Source of the DNA: Eledone cirrhosa
Lineage: Eukaryota
Length of the DNA stretch: 64,000 nucleotides
Assembly (NCBI GenBank): GCA_964016885.1
Contig: OZ024741.1
Coordinates: forward strand, 120,094,001-120,158,000
Direction: 5' to 3'
Shown: piece by piece, positions 15,405 to 27,812 of the stretch
Position numbering within the stretch: position 1 is the first letter of the stretch
How the letters are laid out: each line of letters opens with the position of its first letter
Position numbers and translations under genes: made by a program
Notes under the pieces: model-generated
Databases searched by the model: none
Seen by the model: the letters and a program-made list of their open reading frames with translations, nothing else
What the model was told of the DNA's origin: nothing

Positions 15405-15643
15405 CAGAGGAGACTGAGGTTAGCTGAACATGCTCACCGACATCAAGAGTTGACATTGCACTCAGTGCTCCTGTGGGAGCCCCTACATGGACACACTAGA
15501 AGGTGAAGACCAAGGTTAACGTATGTTGATGCCCTAAGGACAGACACTGGTCTGTTGGAGACGCAGGACATGGCAGAGATAATGAGCGACAGAGACCGGT
15601 GGAGAGAATTCGTCCATGGATCTTGGGAATTTTACCCGCCCTA
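15405..15643 (+). mobile_element. RTE-like LINE 3' fragment
   Basis: Translates to RLRLAEHAHRH...VLLWEPLHG...RPRLTYVDAL..DTG...MSDRDRWREFV, a typical RTE C-terminus. Confidence 0.75.
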
Positions 15644-15734
15644 GAAATATATATATAATTGGATAGCTAATTAAATAGCACTTTCTATACATAGAGCACT
15701 CTTTTTCCTTTGCTTTTTCTTCGGAATTACCTAA

Positions 15735-15788
<54 letters not shown>

Positions 15789-16202
15789 AATTTTAAAAAA
15801 CTAGGGTTAATTATACGAACGTTTCTTTCAAATACAGAATGTAGTGGAATTTTATTCCTCTGGATTTAATTCTTCAGAATCATTAGATAATACAAAAAAG
15901 ATTAAACTCTGAGCTGCCTTTAGCCAATATTACTGTGGACAAATAAAATGACATTCGAGGTTTGAATTATATATATATATATATATATAGTAAAATAACG
16001 AAGTAAAGGACGCACGCACGTGTAAATCTGTAATTCAATGAGCTCAAAGGAAATAGTTTTCCTGGGCACTTTAGAATACAATATAGAGAGGAGAAAACGA
16101 TGAAGGAGAGTGTGTTTTCATTACAGGATTTAAACCACCAGCGTGAATGTTAGTTGAAATCTTGTAATGAAAGCACCCTCTCCTGCGTTTTCTCCTCACT
16201 AT

Positions 16203-16276
<74 letters not shown>

Positions 16277-16315
16277 AAACGGAGAATCAGTGGTGCGACG
16301 AATTAAAATTTATTA

Positions 16316-16410
16316 GACATATTACAATCGTTTCTCTGGCGACCAGCTCGAGGCACGATCGATGCGATGATCGAACCTTACTCTGAAATCAAAAGGTCCT
16401 CAGATATGTC
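16316..16410 (-). ncRNA. Type I hammerhead ribozyme motif
   Basis: Minus strand: gacatat CTGAGGA ... GAAA cgattg TA atatgtc. Perfect 7-bp stem I; stem II closing is weak. The 5' half of the same family recurs at 35473-35524 and inverted at ~36312-36365. Confidence 0.65.
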
Positions 16411-16489
16411 TTAATCTTTCGAAGCAGAGTTTCCAGCATCGAGTGCTCAAACGGCCTTTCGCATACGGACGCTTTAAGCATCCCACACC

Positions 16490-16546
<57 letters not shown>

Positions 16547-16551
16547 ATTAA

Positions 16552-16609
16552 TTCATTTACCAGTGGTTTCTTAAAAGCAAAAAATTTTGCTTTCAATCAT
16601 CAGAATGAA
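16552..16609 (-). ncRNA. Type I hammerhead ribozyme motif (family A)
   Basis: Minus strand: ttcatt CTGATGA ttgaaagcaaaa-tt-ttttgcttttaa GAAA cc-act-gg TA aatgaa. Confidence 0.85.
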
Positions 16610-16690
16610 AATATCCTGGCCTATTTATTGACGTTGGATTTTAAAAACAAAACAAAAAAATCCAACGTCAATAAATACGCCAGGATTTTT

Positions 16691-16749
16691 TTCATTCTGA
16701 TGATTGAAAGCAAATTTTTTTTGCTTTTAAGAAACCACTGGTAAAGGAA
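16691..16749 (+). ncRNA. Type I hammerhead ribozyme motif (family A), inverted partner of 16552-16609
   Basis: ttcatt CTGATGA ttgaaagcaaa...tttgcttttaa GAAA ccactgg TA aaggaa; stem I has lost 1 nt. Confidence 0.75.
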
Positions 16750-16847
16750 TTAATTGCCTTATGTTGTTTATTACATAACTATTAAGCTCTGTTACCTACA
16801 TAGAGCACTCTTTTTTCCTGGACTTTTCCGACGGAATTACTTCACTC

Positions 16848-16898
<51 letters not shown>

Positions 16899-16988
16899 GT
16901 ATTTCCGTAGGAAGGGTAAAGGAAAGGAGAGTGCTCTATATATGCTAAAGAGCTATTTAATTATGTAACAAACAACATCAGACAATTA

Positions 16989-17060
16989 TTCCATTTACCA
17001 AAGGTTTCACGAAGACAGACGAGCTCAACAGAGAGGTCTGAAATCGCTCATCAGAATGAA
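16989..17060 (-). ncRNA. Type I hammerhead ribozyme motif (family B)
   Basis: Minus strand: ttcatt CTGATGA gcga...tcgt GAAA cc-ttt-gg TA aatgga. Confidence 0.85.
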
Positions 17061-17097
17061 AATTTATGCCGTCCATATTAAATTTTCATATTAAATT

Positions 17098-17169
17098 TTC
17101 ATTCTGATGAGCGATTTCAGACATCTCTGCTGAGCTCATCTGTCTTCGTGAAACCTTTGGTAAGTGGAA
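17098..17169 (+). ncRNA. Type I hammerhead ribozyme motif (family B), inverted partner of 16989-17060
   Basis: ttcatt CTGATGA gcga...tcgt GAAA cctttgg TA agtgga. Confidence 0.85.
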
Positions 17170-17198
17170 TAGTTGTATTATGTTGTTTATTACATAAT

Positions 17199-17243
<45 letters not shown>

Positions 17244-17676
17244 AGAGAGGGGGGAGGTGAAATGTGGTAGAGTCCTCAGATACACATCCCATAAATTCAT
17301 ACGTTAAGCAATTATTAGCAGATGATCCCGCTCTATTCCCAAGCGGGACCTGCCATGGTTATAATGTTTGATATTAAATATTTCTTTCTTTCTTTATAGA
17401 TTCGGGTACAGAGCTTCAAATATACAAGTGGAACTATTTAAGCAGAAAATGTAATTAGTAATCCAATAATGAGTAATTAACATTCAACATCAAATATTAG
17501 AACATTCTTTCTTCCAAAGTCAACGGAAATTTATATGCTTTAATCGGTGTACGTAGAAAATACTGAAAATTCAAACATACATCATATATCAATATATAAA
17601 CATCAATTGTTGTAAACATTGGTTTATTTCAAAATATTTTAAGATAGAAAATTTTCTTCTCTTCTTTCTGTTTTCA

Positions 17677-19602
17677 ATGTTACAGTTTTCAAACATTGTA
17701 TCACAAACAACATCAACCTACATCCCAGAATATTCTAAATATCCAATTCAGTGTTCTAAATGTCCAAATCAGTGTTCGTGCCACCAAGATTGTTACCTCT
17801 ACAATGACTGTTGTGTTGACATGATTAATAACACAACTTCTAACGACAAACAGCCATATTCATCAATGTATTATAGTTGTAGTAGAGTTAATGACGATTA
17901 CTATTATCAATTTGACCACTGTCCACCTAACCATGACATTACAGAGCATGTAATCAACTGTGAAAGTCCTAACCCGGATGACCAACTACACAACATACCT
18001 GCTTTTGGTAAAACAAGTAAAAAAAATCTTCAGGAATTCATTCTATGGAATCTTCAGTATGACTGCTATAAACGCGGAAATATAAGCCTTGAAAACATAT
18101 CAAAGTTTCTCATTAATGGATACTGTAATTCATCTGTAAATGTCCCCTCAGGTGACTTAGAACATTATTTACATAAATGTAATCCACGTGTATCTAAATG
18201 TCCAGGAGATTACAATAATACAGAAGCAAAGATTGCGTGTGAATCTGAGCCTATGGCGTTAGTAGAAGCTAGATATGAAATATTCAGGAACAAACATTGT
18301 CTTAAATGTAATGGGATTGAAGAAGTCGAGTACACTTGCTACAGACCTCTCCTGTACACATTTATGACAGTAAGGCCATCCTTAATCATCATGTTTAATT
18401 ATCATTCGAATTTTCTAGAAATAAAAAATGGAATGACTTCGAAGACCCAGACGTCTGTCCAGTTGCCTTCGTGTCCAAAACACACTGTCTACGATATAAA
18501 TACCAGGCAATGTAGACAGGTTATCTTTCATACACAGTTAAACTGTACTACAACAATATTAAATGAAACTGAATATCATATCACTAGTGATGGCCTCCTT
18601 TACTTAAATAAGACACAACGTCTGTTGAACCAATCAGAATTCAGTCAAGATTCTCAAGGTGTAAGTATCTGTGTAAAAAATGGTACCAATGTAATATCAA
18701 AATATTCCACTGTTGAGGGTTATATCACACTTATAGGACTAATAATCTCTATTCCAGCTCTAGCCATCACTATTATAGTCTATCTATGTATACCTAAACT
18801 CCGTACCTTACCAGGTAAATTACTCATTAGTCTTTTATCAGCACTATTTCTAGCTGAGCTTCTGTTTCTGATCACACCATATGTTACTACATCTACAGCT
18901 GTGTGTACATCTTTAGCTGTTGTGATTCATTATACCTTTCTTTCTGCTTTCTTCTGGATGAATGTCATGTCATTTGATGCCTGGTACACTTTCTCAGGAC
19001 TTACACAACTTCGCAGTAGAGGAAAGGGTAGAAAGAGATTTATATTGTATTCTTTATATGCTTGGATTTCTCCATTTGTAATAGTTGCAGTGTCACTTAT
19101 ATTTGAATACTTACCAGGAAATCATGGAATATCTCCAGAATATGGCAAGGGTATTTGTTGGATTACAAATGGAAAAGGTCTTTTGTACCTCTTTGCAATT
19201 CCAGTAATGGTTCTATTATGTCTTAATATAACTGCATTTATCTTCACCGCAAGAGGGCTGTATTTGGCTAACAAACATTCTTCAAAATATTTATCTAAAC
19301 ATAATAAAAATGAATTCTTCATATACATAAAACTAAGCTTTGTCATGGGATTAACATGGATATTCGCATTCCTATATATCTTTACAAAAATTGAAGAATT
19401 TTCTCTGCTGTTTTGTATTTTAAACTCCTTTATTGGTTTCATTATTTGTTTATCGTTTCTTCTAACAAAGATTGTCTGCCGTAGTTTACTGAAGAAGTTA
19501 GATGTAATTTCCCAATGGTCTACCACTAAATCTACCAAAGTATCTTCAACTTCCGGTAAAACAATATCATCTCAAATATCAACAAACATTTCAGTTCAAT
19601 AA
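17677..19602 (+). CDS. Methuselah-like / secretin-class (7tm_2) GPCR with Cys-rich ectodomain; probably a large terminal exon
   Basis: Seven hydrophobic segments with LRTLPGKLLISL, FFWMNVMSFD, YAWISP, YGKGICWI, KLSFVMGLTWIF. N-terminal CSCHQDCYLYNDCCVD (somatomedin-B-like) and FRNKHCLKCN. No signal peptide; a polypyrimidine tract plus AG at 17684-17685 suggests a splice acceptor. Confidence 0.85.
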   Translation: MLQFSNIVSQTTSTYIPEYSKYPIQCSKCPNQCSCHQDCYLYNDCCVDMINNTTSNDKQPYSSMYYSCSRVNDDYYYQFDHCPPNHDITEHVINCESPNPDDQLHNIPAFGKTSKKNLQEFILWNLQYDCYKRGNISLENISKFLINGYCNSSVNVPSGDLEHYLHKCNPRVSKCPGDYNNTEAKIACESEPMALVEARYEIFRNKHCLKCNGIEEVEYTCYRPLLYTFMTVRPSLIIMFNYHSNFLEIKNGMTSKTQTSVQLPSCPKHTVYDINTRQCRQVIFHTQLNCTTTILNETEYHITSDGLLYLNKTQRLLNQSEFSQDSQGVSICVKNGTNVISKYSTVEGYITLIGLIISIPALAITIIVYLCIPKLRTLPGKLLISLLSALFLAELLFLITPYVTTSTAVCTSLAVVIHYTFLSAFFWMNVMSFDAWYTFSGLTQLRSRGKGRKRFILYSLYAWISPFVIVAVSLIFEYLPGNHGISPEYGKGICWITNGKGLLYLFAIPVMVLLCLNITAFIFTARGLYLANKHSSKYLSKHNKNEFFIYIKLSFVMGLTWIFAFLYIFTKIEEFSLLFCILNSFIGFIICLSFLLTKIVCRSLLKKLDVISQWSTTKSTKVSSTSGKTISSQISTNISVQ

Positions 19603-20434
19603 TACTACAAATGTTATTCAGTAGAAATCAATTTTTATTATTTTCTTCTTGATGCTGTGACGATACACAGGGTTTATATCGATAAATGTTAACTGTTTTA
19701 TCATATAAATCTATGTATATTTATTACTGGAAAGTTTCATTTGTACAGAAATTCCATTTATTCTATATTTGCTTCTTTCTCAATACGAAACAATTATTTC
19801 ATAGAATTCAGTTAAATATTTTGGTTTTCCATGGTCACAGAAATCTTTATTCGTGTAATTTTTCTGTGTCAAATAACACAATTATTAACTCTTCATGTCT
19901 CAACTTTTAGTGAAGACGGGAACGAAATTCTAGAGCTGCTTAGAATATACAACACTACAAATACTGAACAAAAAAACTGGACTTAATCTCACTAGCATAA
20001 ACATCGACATTACAGCGTCGACAGGATCGGATAATCCCACAATATGAACAGTGCACCATCAGCAACTCAGGTAGACAAAACATAAAAGAATTTATTTTAA
20101 AATTTCGATCATTACAAAACCTAAGATATTAAACATCCTAGATACAACAATAAACATCAGCAAGCACAACCTATACTGTAGACTCCATAAAGAAACAATA
20201 TATGTAAACAGGAGTTCCACTCATAAGTTACCGATCACACAGAATATTACAGTCAAGATACACATACATATATAAATTACCACAGAACATAGAAATAATC
20301 TAATATTTATTTTGTTGTTATCCAGCAAAGTTAAAATAATGGCAGAAGCAGAAAAATAAATTCTGTGAAGACTTTAATTTAGGAAAACGTGCTCTGCCAA
20401 ATGCACAATCTAAACTGGCAAATCACAACTTATG

Positions 20435-22816
20435 TGTCGTGTATTGAACTCGTATTGAGTATTATCTAATAAGTGCTCTGTAATTGTTAAATTATTTAAC
20501 GACAGCTAATCATATCACAATCATGTATTTCATGTGAGCTCATCTTTAATGCTTCAGCTAAATGGGGGTACACAATTCTATCCAACAATTTCGAAGTACT
20601 GTCTGACAGTTTGAGGAGTATACAATTCTTTCTGTCGCCACGGAATTATGTTCAGTGTTATTATTATATGCTCGCTTCAGTTCGACAGTTTATTGTGCTT
20701 CATTATGTCGAAATATAAATTTGTAAATTACTGTTCCTTGTTTAATTACCTACACACATAAAGAAATAAATAAGAAACGACAATGGCGTCGACGATAGGG
20801 CGAAGAAAATGTCTTGGCAACATAAACGTACAGTTGGTCGAAGCCGTTACAACCTGGCTTATGGCCCATGAAGTAAAGGCTTACGTGGGCGATGTGGCGG
20901 ATAACCTACAAGATGATATTATATTTTTTGCTAGGACAGAAAAATGCTAACTTGAATTTGAGAATATAAAAGACGAGCTGTGCAAAGAACCAGTGTTGAA
21001 GTCATTTAATCCTAAACTACTTACCGAGCAGACGAGGGATGCTTCAATGGATAGTGTTGCGGCAACAATTTCACAAAATGGTCACCCTGTCCTAGATGCA
21101 TCACGAAAATTGACGTCTGCTTAATCTAGTTTGTCAAATATCGAACGCGAAGCATTTGCCATCGTATGGGCCGTTACCTGTCTCAAACAATTCCAGTTAG
21201 GTAACATTTTCAAGCTCAAAACGGATCACAGACTTTTGATGTATATCTTTCACCCCAAAAATCAGATCCCTATTAATGCTTCTGCTAGAATCGGGCGATG
21301 GGCTATTCAATTGATGGCATTTGATTTTGAAATATAGCGTATCTCTAGCTCTAAAATTCCTCATGTTGACGCAATGTGGGTGAGGAAATTGTCTTTGCAG
21401 TTGAGCAGGTGAAAGACATTTCGTTCAGAGCCACGTAGATAGGTCGTGTGAAAAGAATTATATAATGCGACAGGCATATTCAGCGAATCAAACGCATGGT
21501 CGTATCCAGAAAAATGGATTTCGTGAAACATGTGCGACCTCCCTTTCAAATGTGTTCGTGATCAACTAACAATAGAAAACAGAATTCTATACTGGAGAAC
21601 GAGAATGTTTGCTCCTTACCAACTACGTGACAGTGGGTTTGGCGACAGTCACGATACACATTTGTCTATTAAACAAATTCTCAGTAAAATTTCTCTTGAG
21701 TTCTGGTAGCCAAACATGTCTCGAGATGTTACTACTTTCATTTCTAATTGTGCTGATTGTCTACAAAATCGAATTCCGAGAAACAAATCAAGAGCGACAT
21801 GGAATAAGGCTGACCCATTGGAGCGTATTCACATGGACTGGGGCTTTCATGAGCCGCGTTGGTTTTTTACTCATTGTCATTGACTCTTATTCCAAATATA
21901 TCAATGCCATTCCTTGCACGTCACGGAAAAAAATGAAAAGTGCTTTTGGCGTCTCTTCTATCTATTTGGACTGCCAAACGTTGTTGTATCAGACAACATT
22001 CCCGAATTTATAGCATTGAAAGATTAGTTATCGATTGGTATCCAGATCTCCAGCGAATTCTACTCAATCATCGATCTACACCAGGTGAGAAATCTGCTTC
22101 ACCTGGTGAAAAGTTACTCGGAAGACCATTATGCACCAGCTGCAATCCACGATTCGTACCATTTACTAACGTCTGGTACCATAGCAAGTGCATGAAGAAA
22201 GCAAGTCCCGATATATATGTTGCACAGAAAGGTGCGACTACTGCAATCGTCGCAAACGGGAACAAAAGTTGGATAGCAAGTTTTGATCAGTTGCTCCCAT
22301 CGACGGGAAATTGTCAGTCTACCCAGAACAGAATCGACTCTATGTCAAGCTACGACGACTGCAGCAACAATGTAAAGAAACCGACGAAGTCCGAATCTCA
22401 AAAGCACGGAATTGACGACATGATGAAAGGAATAAACTGGCGATCCAACAGAAAGAGAAATCCACCGAATCGACTTTTTTATTGAGGTGGCGAGTGTCGT
22501 GTATTGAATTCGCATTGAGTGCTATCTACCAAGTGCTCCGTAATTGTTCAATTATTTAAAGACAGCTAATCATATCACAATCACATGTTTCAAGAGTGAT
22601 CGTGTTTTTAGCCTAAACGGGGGTACACAATTCTATCCAACAGGTTCGAAATACAGTCTGACGGTTTAAGGAGTACAGAATTATGTTCAGTGTTATTATT
22701 ATATGCTCGCTTCAGTTAACAGTTTATTGTACTTCATTATGTCGAAATAGAAACTTGTAAACTTGTAAATTTGTTCCTTGTGCAATTACCTACAAGGAAA
22801 TAAACAAGACATGACA
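20435..22816 (+). mobile_element. Gypsy-type LTR retrotransposon, internally deleted (RNase H and integrase remnants only)
   Basis: LTRs 20435-20782 and 22495-22816 (TGTCG...GACA). PBS-like TGGCGTCGACGA at 20784, purine-rich tract before the 3' LTR. Contains SNIEREAFAIVWAV...KTDHRLL and ERIHMDW. Flanks tatg/tacg. Confidence 0.88.
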
Positions 22817-22819
22817 ATA

Positions 22820-23410
22820 CGTATTCATGGTTCACTCGGGAAAAATATGAGAACAAGCAAGACGGAAAATAAAAAGAAAAAGAGATCTGTATAGTATTCT
22901 TTATATGATTGGATTTGTCAATTTGTAATAATAAGTGTCACTTATATTTGAGTACATTCCAGGAAATCATGGAATATTTCTCCATCCTGTCCACCGGGGC
23001 TGTGGGGAGGCCAGCACGTGTGACCCCATTTTCTCACCATACTGTTTTACACACATTACTTGTTTTCATTTTTCATTTTATTTTTATAAATATTTTTCTC
23101 CGGAATATGGCAAAGGGATTTGTCGGATTACAAACAAACAAAAAACTTTTGTGTCTCTTTGTAATTTCAGTAATCATTGTATTATGCCTTAATATAACCA
23201 CTGCTAGAGGTCCCTATTTAGTCAGCAAACTTTATATTCATCTAAACATAATTAAAATGAGATCGTCATATACTTAAACTGTGTTGCATCGTGGGATTAT
23301 CAAGGATATTCGCAGTCTTAGATATGTATATGAGGATTGATGAAAATCAATTGTATTTTCTTATGCTCTTTCGCTGAATCGTTTCTCTTAACAAAACTAT
23401 CCTGCCACAC
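22820..23410 (+). pseudogene. Decayed paralog of the GPCR (TM4-TM7 region) with a ~110-bp insertion
   Basis: Nucleotide similarity to 19030-19480 (gtgtcacttatatttgagtac..ccaggaaatcatggaatat; gaatatggcaaagggatttgt), with stops and frameshifts. Confidence 0.85.
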
Positions 23411-23689
23411 TTTTCTAATACTTTTATTAGCTTTTCATATAATACTATAAGTACTTCACTTAAGTAACATTACTGCGAATCTAATGTCTTAAACTTATTG
23501 GAAATGGATAGGATTTTCTAATATGTGTCAACTGAGGACAAATCTATATTCACACTAATGTTCTGGTATGTGTTTTACATGTCTAGATAACGTTGTATTT
23601 CCCATTTCCATTTCGAAACTATGTTCATTCAATTTCTGCAACTAATACACTGGAATTATCATCAACGGAAAAATGTCCCTTGAACCACA

Positions 23690-23990
23690 TCACAGCCTCA
23701 AATTCAAATCCTTCATGACTATACTATTAAAAATCTAAAGATTGTCTCCAACCTGGAGGTTGATCGAGCCGGTGATTATCCTGGTTTCCGTGGCGTGAAG
23801 CGATTTCCCCCTGTCGAGGTCATTAGTCAATCACAGGTTTAAATCCAGCCAGCTATTGTTGGTACTCATTTTCAACTGAGTGTACTGGAACAACGTGAAA
23901 TGAAGTGTTTTGTTAAAGAACACAACACATAACCCAATCCAGGAATCGAACCCACGATATTATGATTGTAAATCTAACACCCTTACCCCT
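23690..23990 (-). mobile_element. tRNA-derived SINE, same family as 4085-4204
   Basis: caacgtgaaatgaagtgttttgttaaagaacacaac...ggaatcgaacccacga matches 4088-4160. Confidence 0.7.
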
Positions 23991-24270
23991 AGGAAGCTGG
24001 TATTAATAATCATAATCGATAACCGTAATTACAACTCTAGGAATCACAATATTTTCTAAAACTATTTGAGGCTTTAATATAATCCTGGTAAAGCGAATTT
24101 ATTTTCCTATTCTGTTATTTTCATGTAAACAATCCCATCATTTTTACATATCTCATGAAATACATGACTATTATATTGTACCATATGTATGCAAATGCAA
24201 TATGAAGCCTAATATTTGGATTAACGGGAAATTAAATACATTTTCAGTAAAAATTATCTAAACATCTACT

Positions 24271-24825
24271 AATATTCGATTCGTTTGCAAGCAAACAGCC
24301 TCATAACGTTATGTGTTTTAGATGACTACCGTCATCCTTTTGTTCTAGCGGTAGCAGAGAGAAACAATCGACAATTGTCAAGATTGTGTATCTCTCCTTT
24401 TCTGTTTCATACTAGATCCCTTCAGAATTTATAGTATTCTTTAAAGTGTACATTGGCTGATTAGCCTAATTTGTATGTCGAGCGATTTTATGGCTGGATT
24501 TGCCGAAAACTAAAAACAAAATTTGTTTTCCCTCTAACATAGCGGACACGTAAATGCATTCGTGAATCTTATATCGAATAATAATATAACATTATTAATA
24601 TTCAGTTCGTTTGCAAGCAACAAGCCTCATAACACTATGTGTTTTAGACTACTATCGTCATCTTTTTGTTCCAGTGGTAGCAGAGAGATAATGATAGTCG
24701 TCTAAAACACATAGCGTAATGAGGCTGTTGTTGCTTGCAAACGAATTGAATATTAATAATATAATAATATTCGATATAAAACTCACGAATGCATTTACGT
24801 ATCCGCTATGTTAGAGCGAACACAC
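24271..24825. repeat. Direct plus inverted repeat cassette
   Basis: 24271-24362 is repeated at 24597-24689, and 24535-24661 is inverted at 24691-24820. Confidence 0.75.
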
Positions 24826-25499
24826 ATTTTGTATCTAAACATTTATTTATTTATTCTTATTTCTTTGGTTTCTTTTTTTTGTTCTTTTGGTTTCCAAAAT
24901 ATTTTTTATTTAAATTCATGAAACATCTTTGTCTATATTTTCAGATAAGAGCGTTTCTAAATACTGAATTACAATTTACCTTATTGCATGCAGACTTTTA
25001 GAATGTTATTAGATGCATTCATTATCCCTTAACAAAAATTATAGAAGTCAAGAGTCGTTATAAAGGACTATTTTTTATCATATCAGACTACTTAAATAAA
25101 TGTTCATATAAAAACATACTTATAACAGTAATATGAAACAATAAAAATTAAATATTTATTCATATAATTTGTTTCTTTTTCTTCTTTTTTTCAATGTATG
25201 TTTTATTTGGTGTTTTTCCTGTTTCCAACAACACTTAATCCGCCATTATATTAATTTTCTAATCTTCATCGCCAACGAATATTTTATTACTCAATAAATA
25301 AAGCGTGTTGGTCTTGATAAAAACGTTCACATGAAATTTTGCTTATTTTCCAGTCTTCTGTGGAAAATAGTGGAAATAAAAAATATAGAATGTAATTTTT
25401 ACATTCTCCGACACCCCGACTGAAGAGAGCTATCAAATATATTTTGAACGCGCACATTAATCTAGAGGTTTACATTTCAAGAAAAATGTTCTACAACAG

Positions 25500-27171
25500 T
25501 TATAAATTATTTCACGACTTCTAAATCAAATTGTAGAATTAAACTAACTCCCCCCTTAATGGCAACTTCTTAATTAGCAGTATAGTATATAAATGTAAAG
25601 TAATTACTAAGGACAATACACAATCCTACATAGGCGCTACTTCTAATTCGTTTAAGAAAAGGTTATATTCCCATACCCATTCTTTTAAAAATACTAAATT
25701 AGCTAACACCACCTCACTAGCGGAAACTATTAACAATTTTAAAATGAAAAATATACAATACAACCTAAAATGGAGTGTCCTAAAGAGAACTAACTCATAT
25801 CAAGGGGAAAGACGGGAGTGCCAATTATGTTCTCAGGAACTGTTCCAAATCATGAAATCTAAGGATAGTTTACTAAATAAAAAGCAGGAATTAATTATTT
25901 CATCTAATCATAAAATGCTGAAAACTTTTAAATACTATAAAACCACCTAATCACTATGGTCATAACTAGTTTCTTCAACCAAGTGAGACATAACTAGAAA
26001 AAACATATTCTTACCGAAATCATCATCATCGTCCGGTGGCCTCAGCCGAAATGGACTCAACAATTGATATCCACGTGGGTCTGTCGTTCATTGCCGTTGC
26101 CAAGTCCTGGATTTCAATACCAGAATCTCTGGAGATGACATCGGGGTAGGAGAGCTTGCACCCCCTGTTATTAGTGACTGCTTGTGGTTTCCAAAGCACT
26201 AATGGGGACACAGCCTCGTAGGTGGCACGATGGCAGAGGTCAGCAAATATTACTCTCCTTTTACGTACAACGACAGATATGCGTGGGAGGCCGGCATATA
26301 TCTCTCTCAAAGGCAGATGTCGCCAGCTTATGTTCTGAATGTGCTGAAGCAGGTGAGTGTAAGTGCCAGCACGGTGCTTTTGTTGTTTGGATGAAAGCGT
26401 CCATGTTTCACTTCCATATCTACCTATAGAATAAATGATTGTCGGTAATTAATTAAATCATCATTAATCTCATCCTTTAAAAGCGGATATAGTATTTCCT
26501 CATTTCAATAACACTATGACTCCTAAACTAATCAAAATAACTTACAATCTAACTTACCAAAGTGATTTAATGAAAATCATATTCTCATATCTAAACTTTA
26601 ATAAATATTCAAAAGCAATATTGATATTTAAGTACAACTTAAATTACCATGTATTAATACCACCCAACCCGAGATAATTTTAGCCTGAAAATTTTATATC
26701 ACTCAATTTTTTCCCCTTATTGGAATCACAATTCACTTCTTATATGACTTAAGAATTAACCCAAACAACCTATATAATTAGCACAAACTTCTTCCTCTAT
26801 CCAAACTTTATTACCATTCTTAAATCAGCATTGGATTTGAAAAATAAAATCCTTTTTCTTACTATATATGTATTTATGTATACACATATAACCTCATTTA
26901 TAAAACAAGGCCTGCTTTCTAAATTAGATTTTTATTAAATATCATTAATTTATTAAATATTTTTTTCAAACTTTACTTTCTCAAGTTAGCAATACAGTAA
27001 CTAATAAATTAATCTAATAGACTCGTACAATAACCAAGTAATTCCCCTATATGTGAATTAGAACACCCATGTAAAAACAGCTTTATTTATTATCAACTAA
27101 ATACTTACCACCCCTCAATTAAGACATCTTTTCTCAGAAGATTTATTACCCCTAGCACAAAGCACTCCCCC

Positions 27172-27202
<31 letters not shown>

Positions 27203-27560
27203 CTTCTTCTTCTTCTTCTTCTTCTTCTTCTTCTTCTTCTCCCAATTAATCCTCAAATGATAGTCGAGGAAGTTGTCCTATACCACTCCTTCCACTATCT
27301 TTATCAATCGAAAAAGGCAATCTGGAATATATATTTGCATGGTATGTCTATTATTATATCTACCCAGTTTATATACTATCAATAAAGATTCTAACATCAT
27401 TGTTTCCGGAGAAGACGGTATGATAGAACCTATATATTATGTCTGATAGTAACTGCTATAGATCAGTCAATAATATATCAATATAATCAACCCTCCGAAA
27501 CGATCGTAAAACAATGAAATAAATATGAAAAATAACTTGCTTTCGTTATCGTTATCATTA
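25500..27560 (+). mobile_element. 5'-truncated Penelope-like element (GIY-YIG remnant plus 3' terminal repeat), interrupted by an RTE fragment
   Basis: IVYKCKV..SYIGATSNSFKKRLYSH..LKWSVL..CQLCSQE up to 25950. (CTT)n at 27173-27240. Degenerate HHR at 27398-27516 (cattgttt ccggaga ... GAAA cgatcg TA aaacaatg). The extent of the terminal repeat is inferred. Confidence 0.75.
26020..26427 (-). mobile_element. RTE-like LINE 3' fragment with (TGA)n tail
   Basis: IYAGLPRIS..RKRRVIFADLCHR..LVLWKP..SYPDVISRDSG..AMNDRPTW. Confidence 0.8.
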
Positions 27561-27571
27561 TTAAACTAATA

Positions 27572-27759
27572 AAAGGCGGTGGATTAGCAGTATCGGTAAA
27601 TGGTCGGACGCCATGCTTTGACGCATAGAGTTACGGCCCTTGCCATTCTGAATTCAAATCCCACCGAGGTTAACTTTGCCTTTCATCCTTACGGGTCGAT
27701 ACAATAAAGTACCAGTAATGTACTTGGTAATTGCTGGCCTTGTGCCAAAAGTAGAAACA
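27572..27759 (+). mobile_element. tRNA-derived SINE resembling the abundant Octopus SINE, with 15-bp TSD
   Basis: TSD attattaaactaata at 27557-27571 and 27760-27774. B-box-like gaattcaaatccc; body ctttgcctttcatcctt..gggtcgat. Family identity is recalled, not searched. Confidence 0.8.
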
Positions 27760-27774
27760 ATTATTAAACTAATA

Positions 27775-27812
<38 letters not shown>

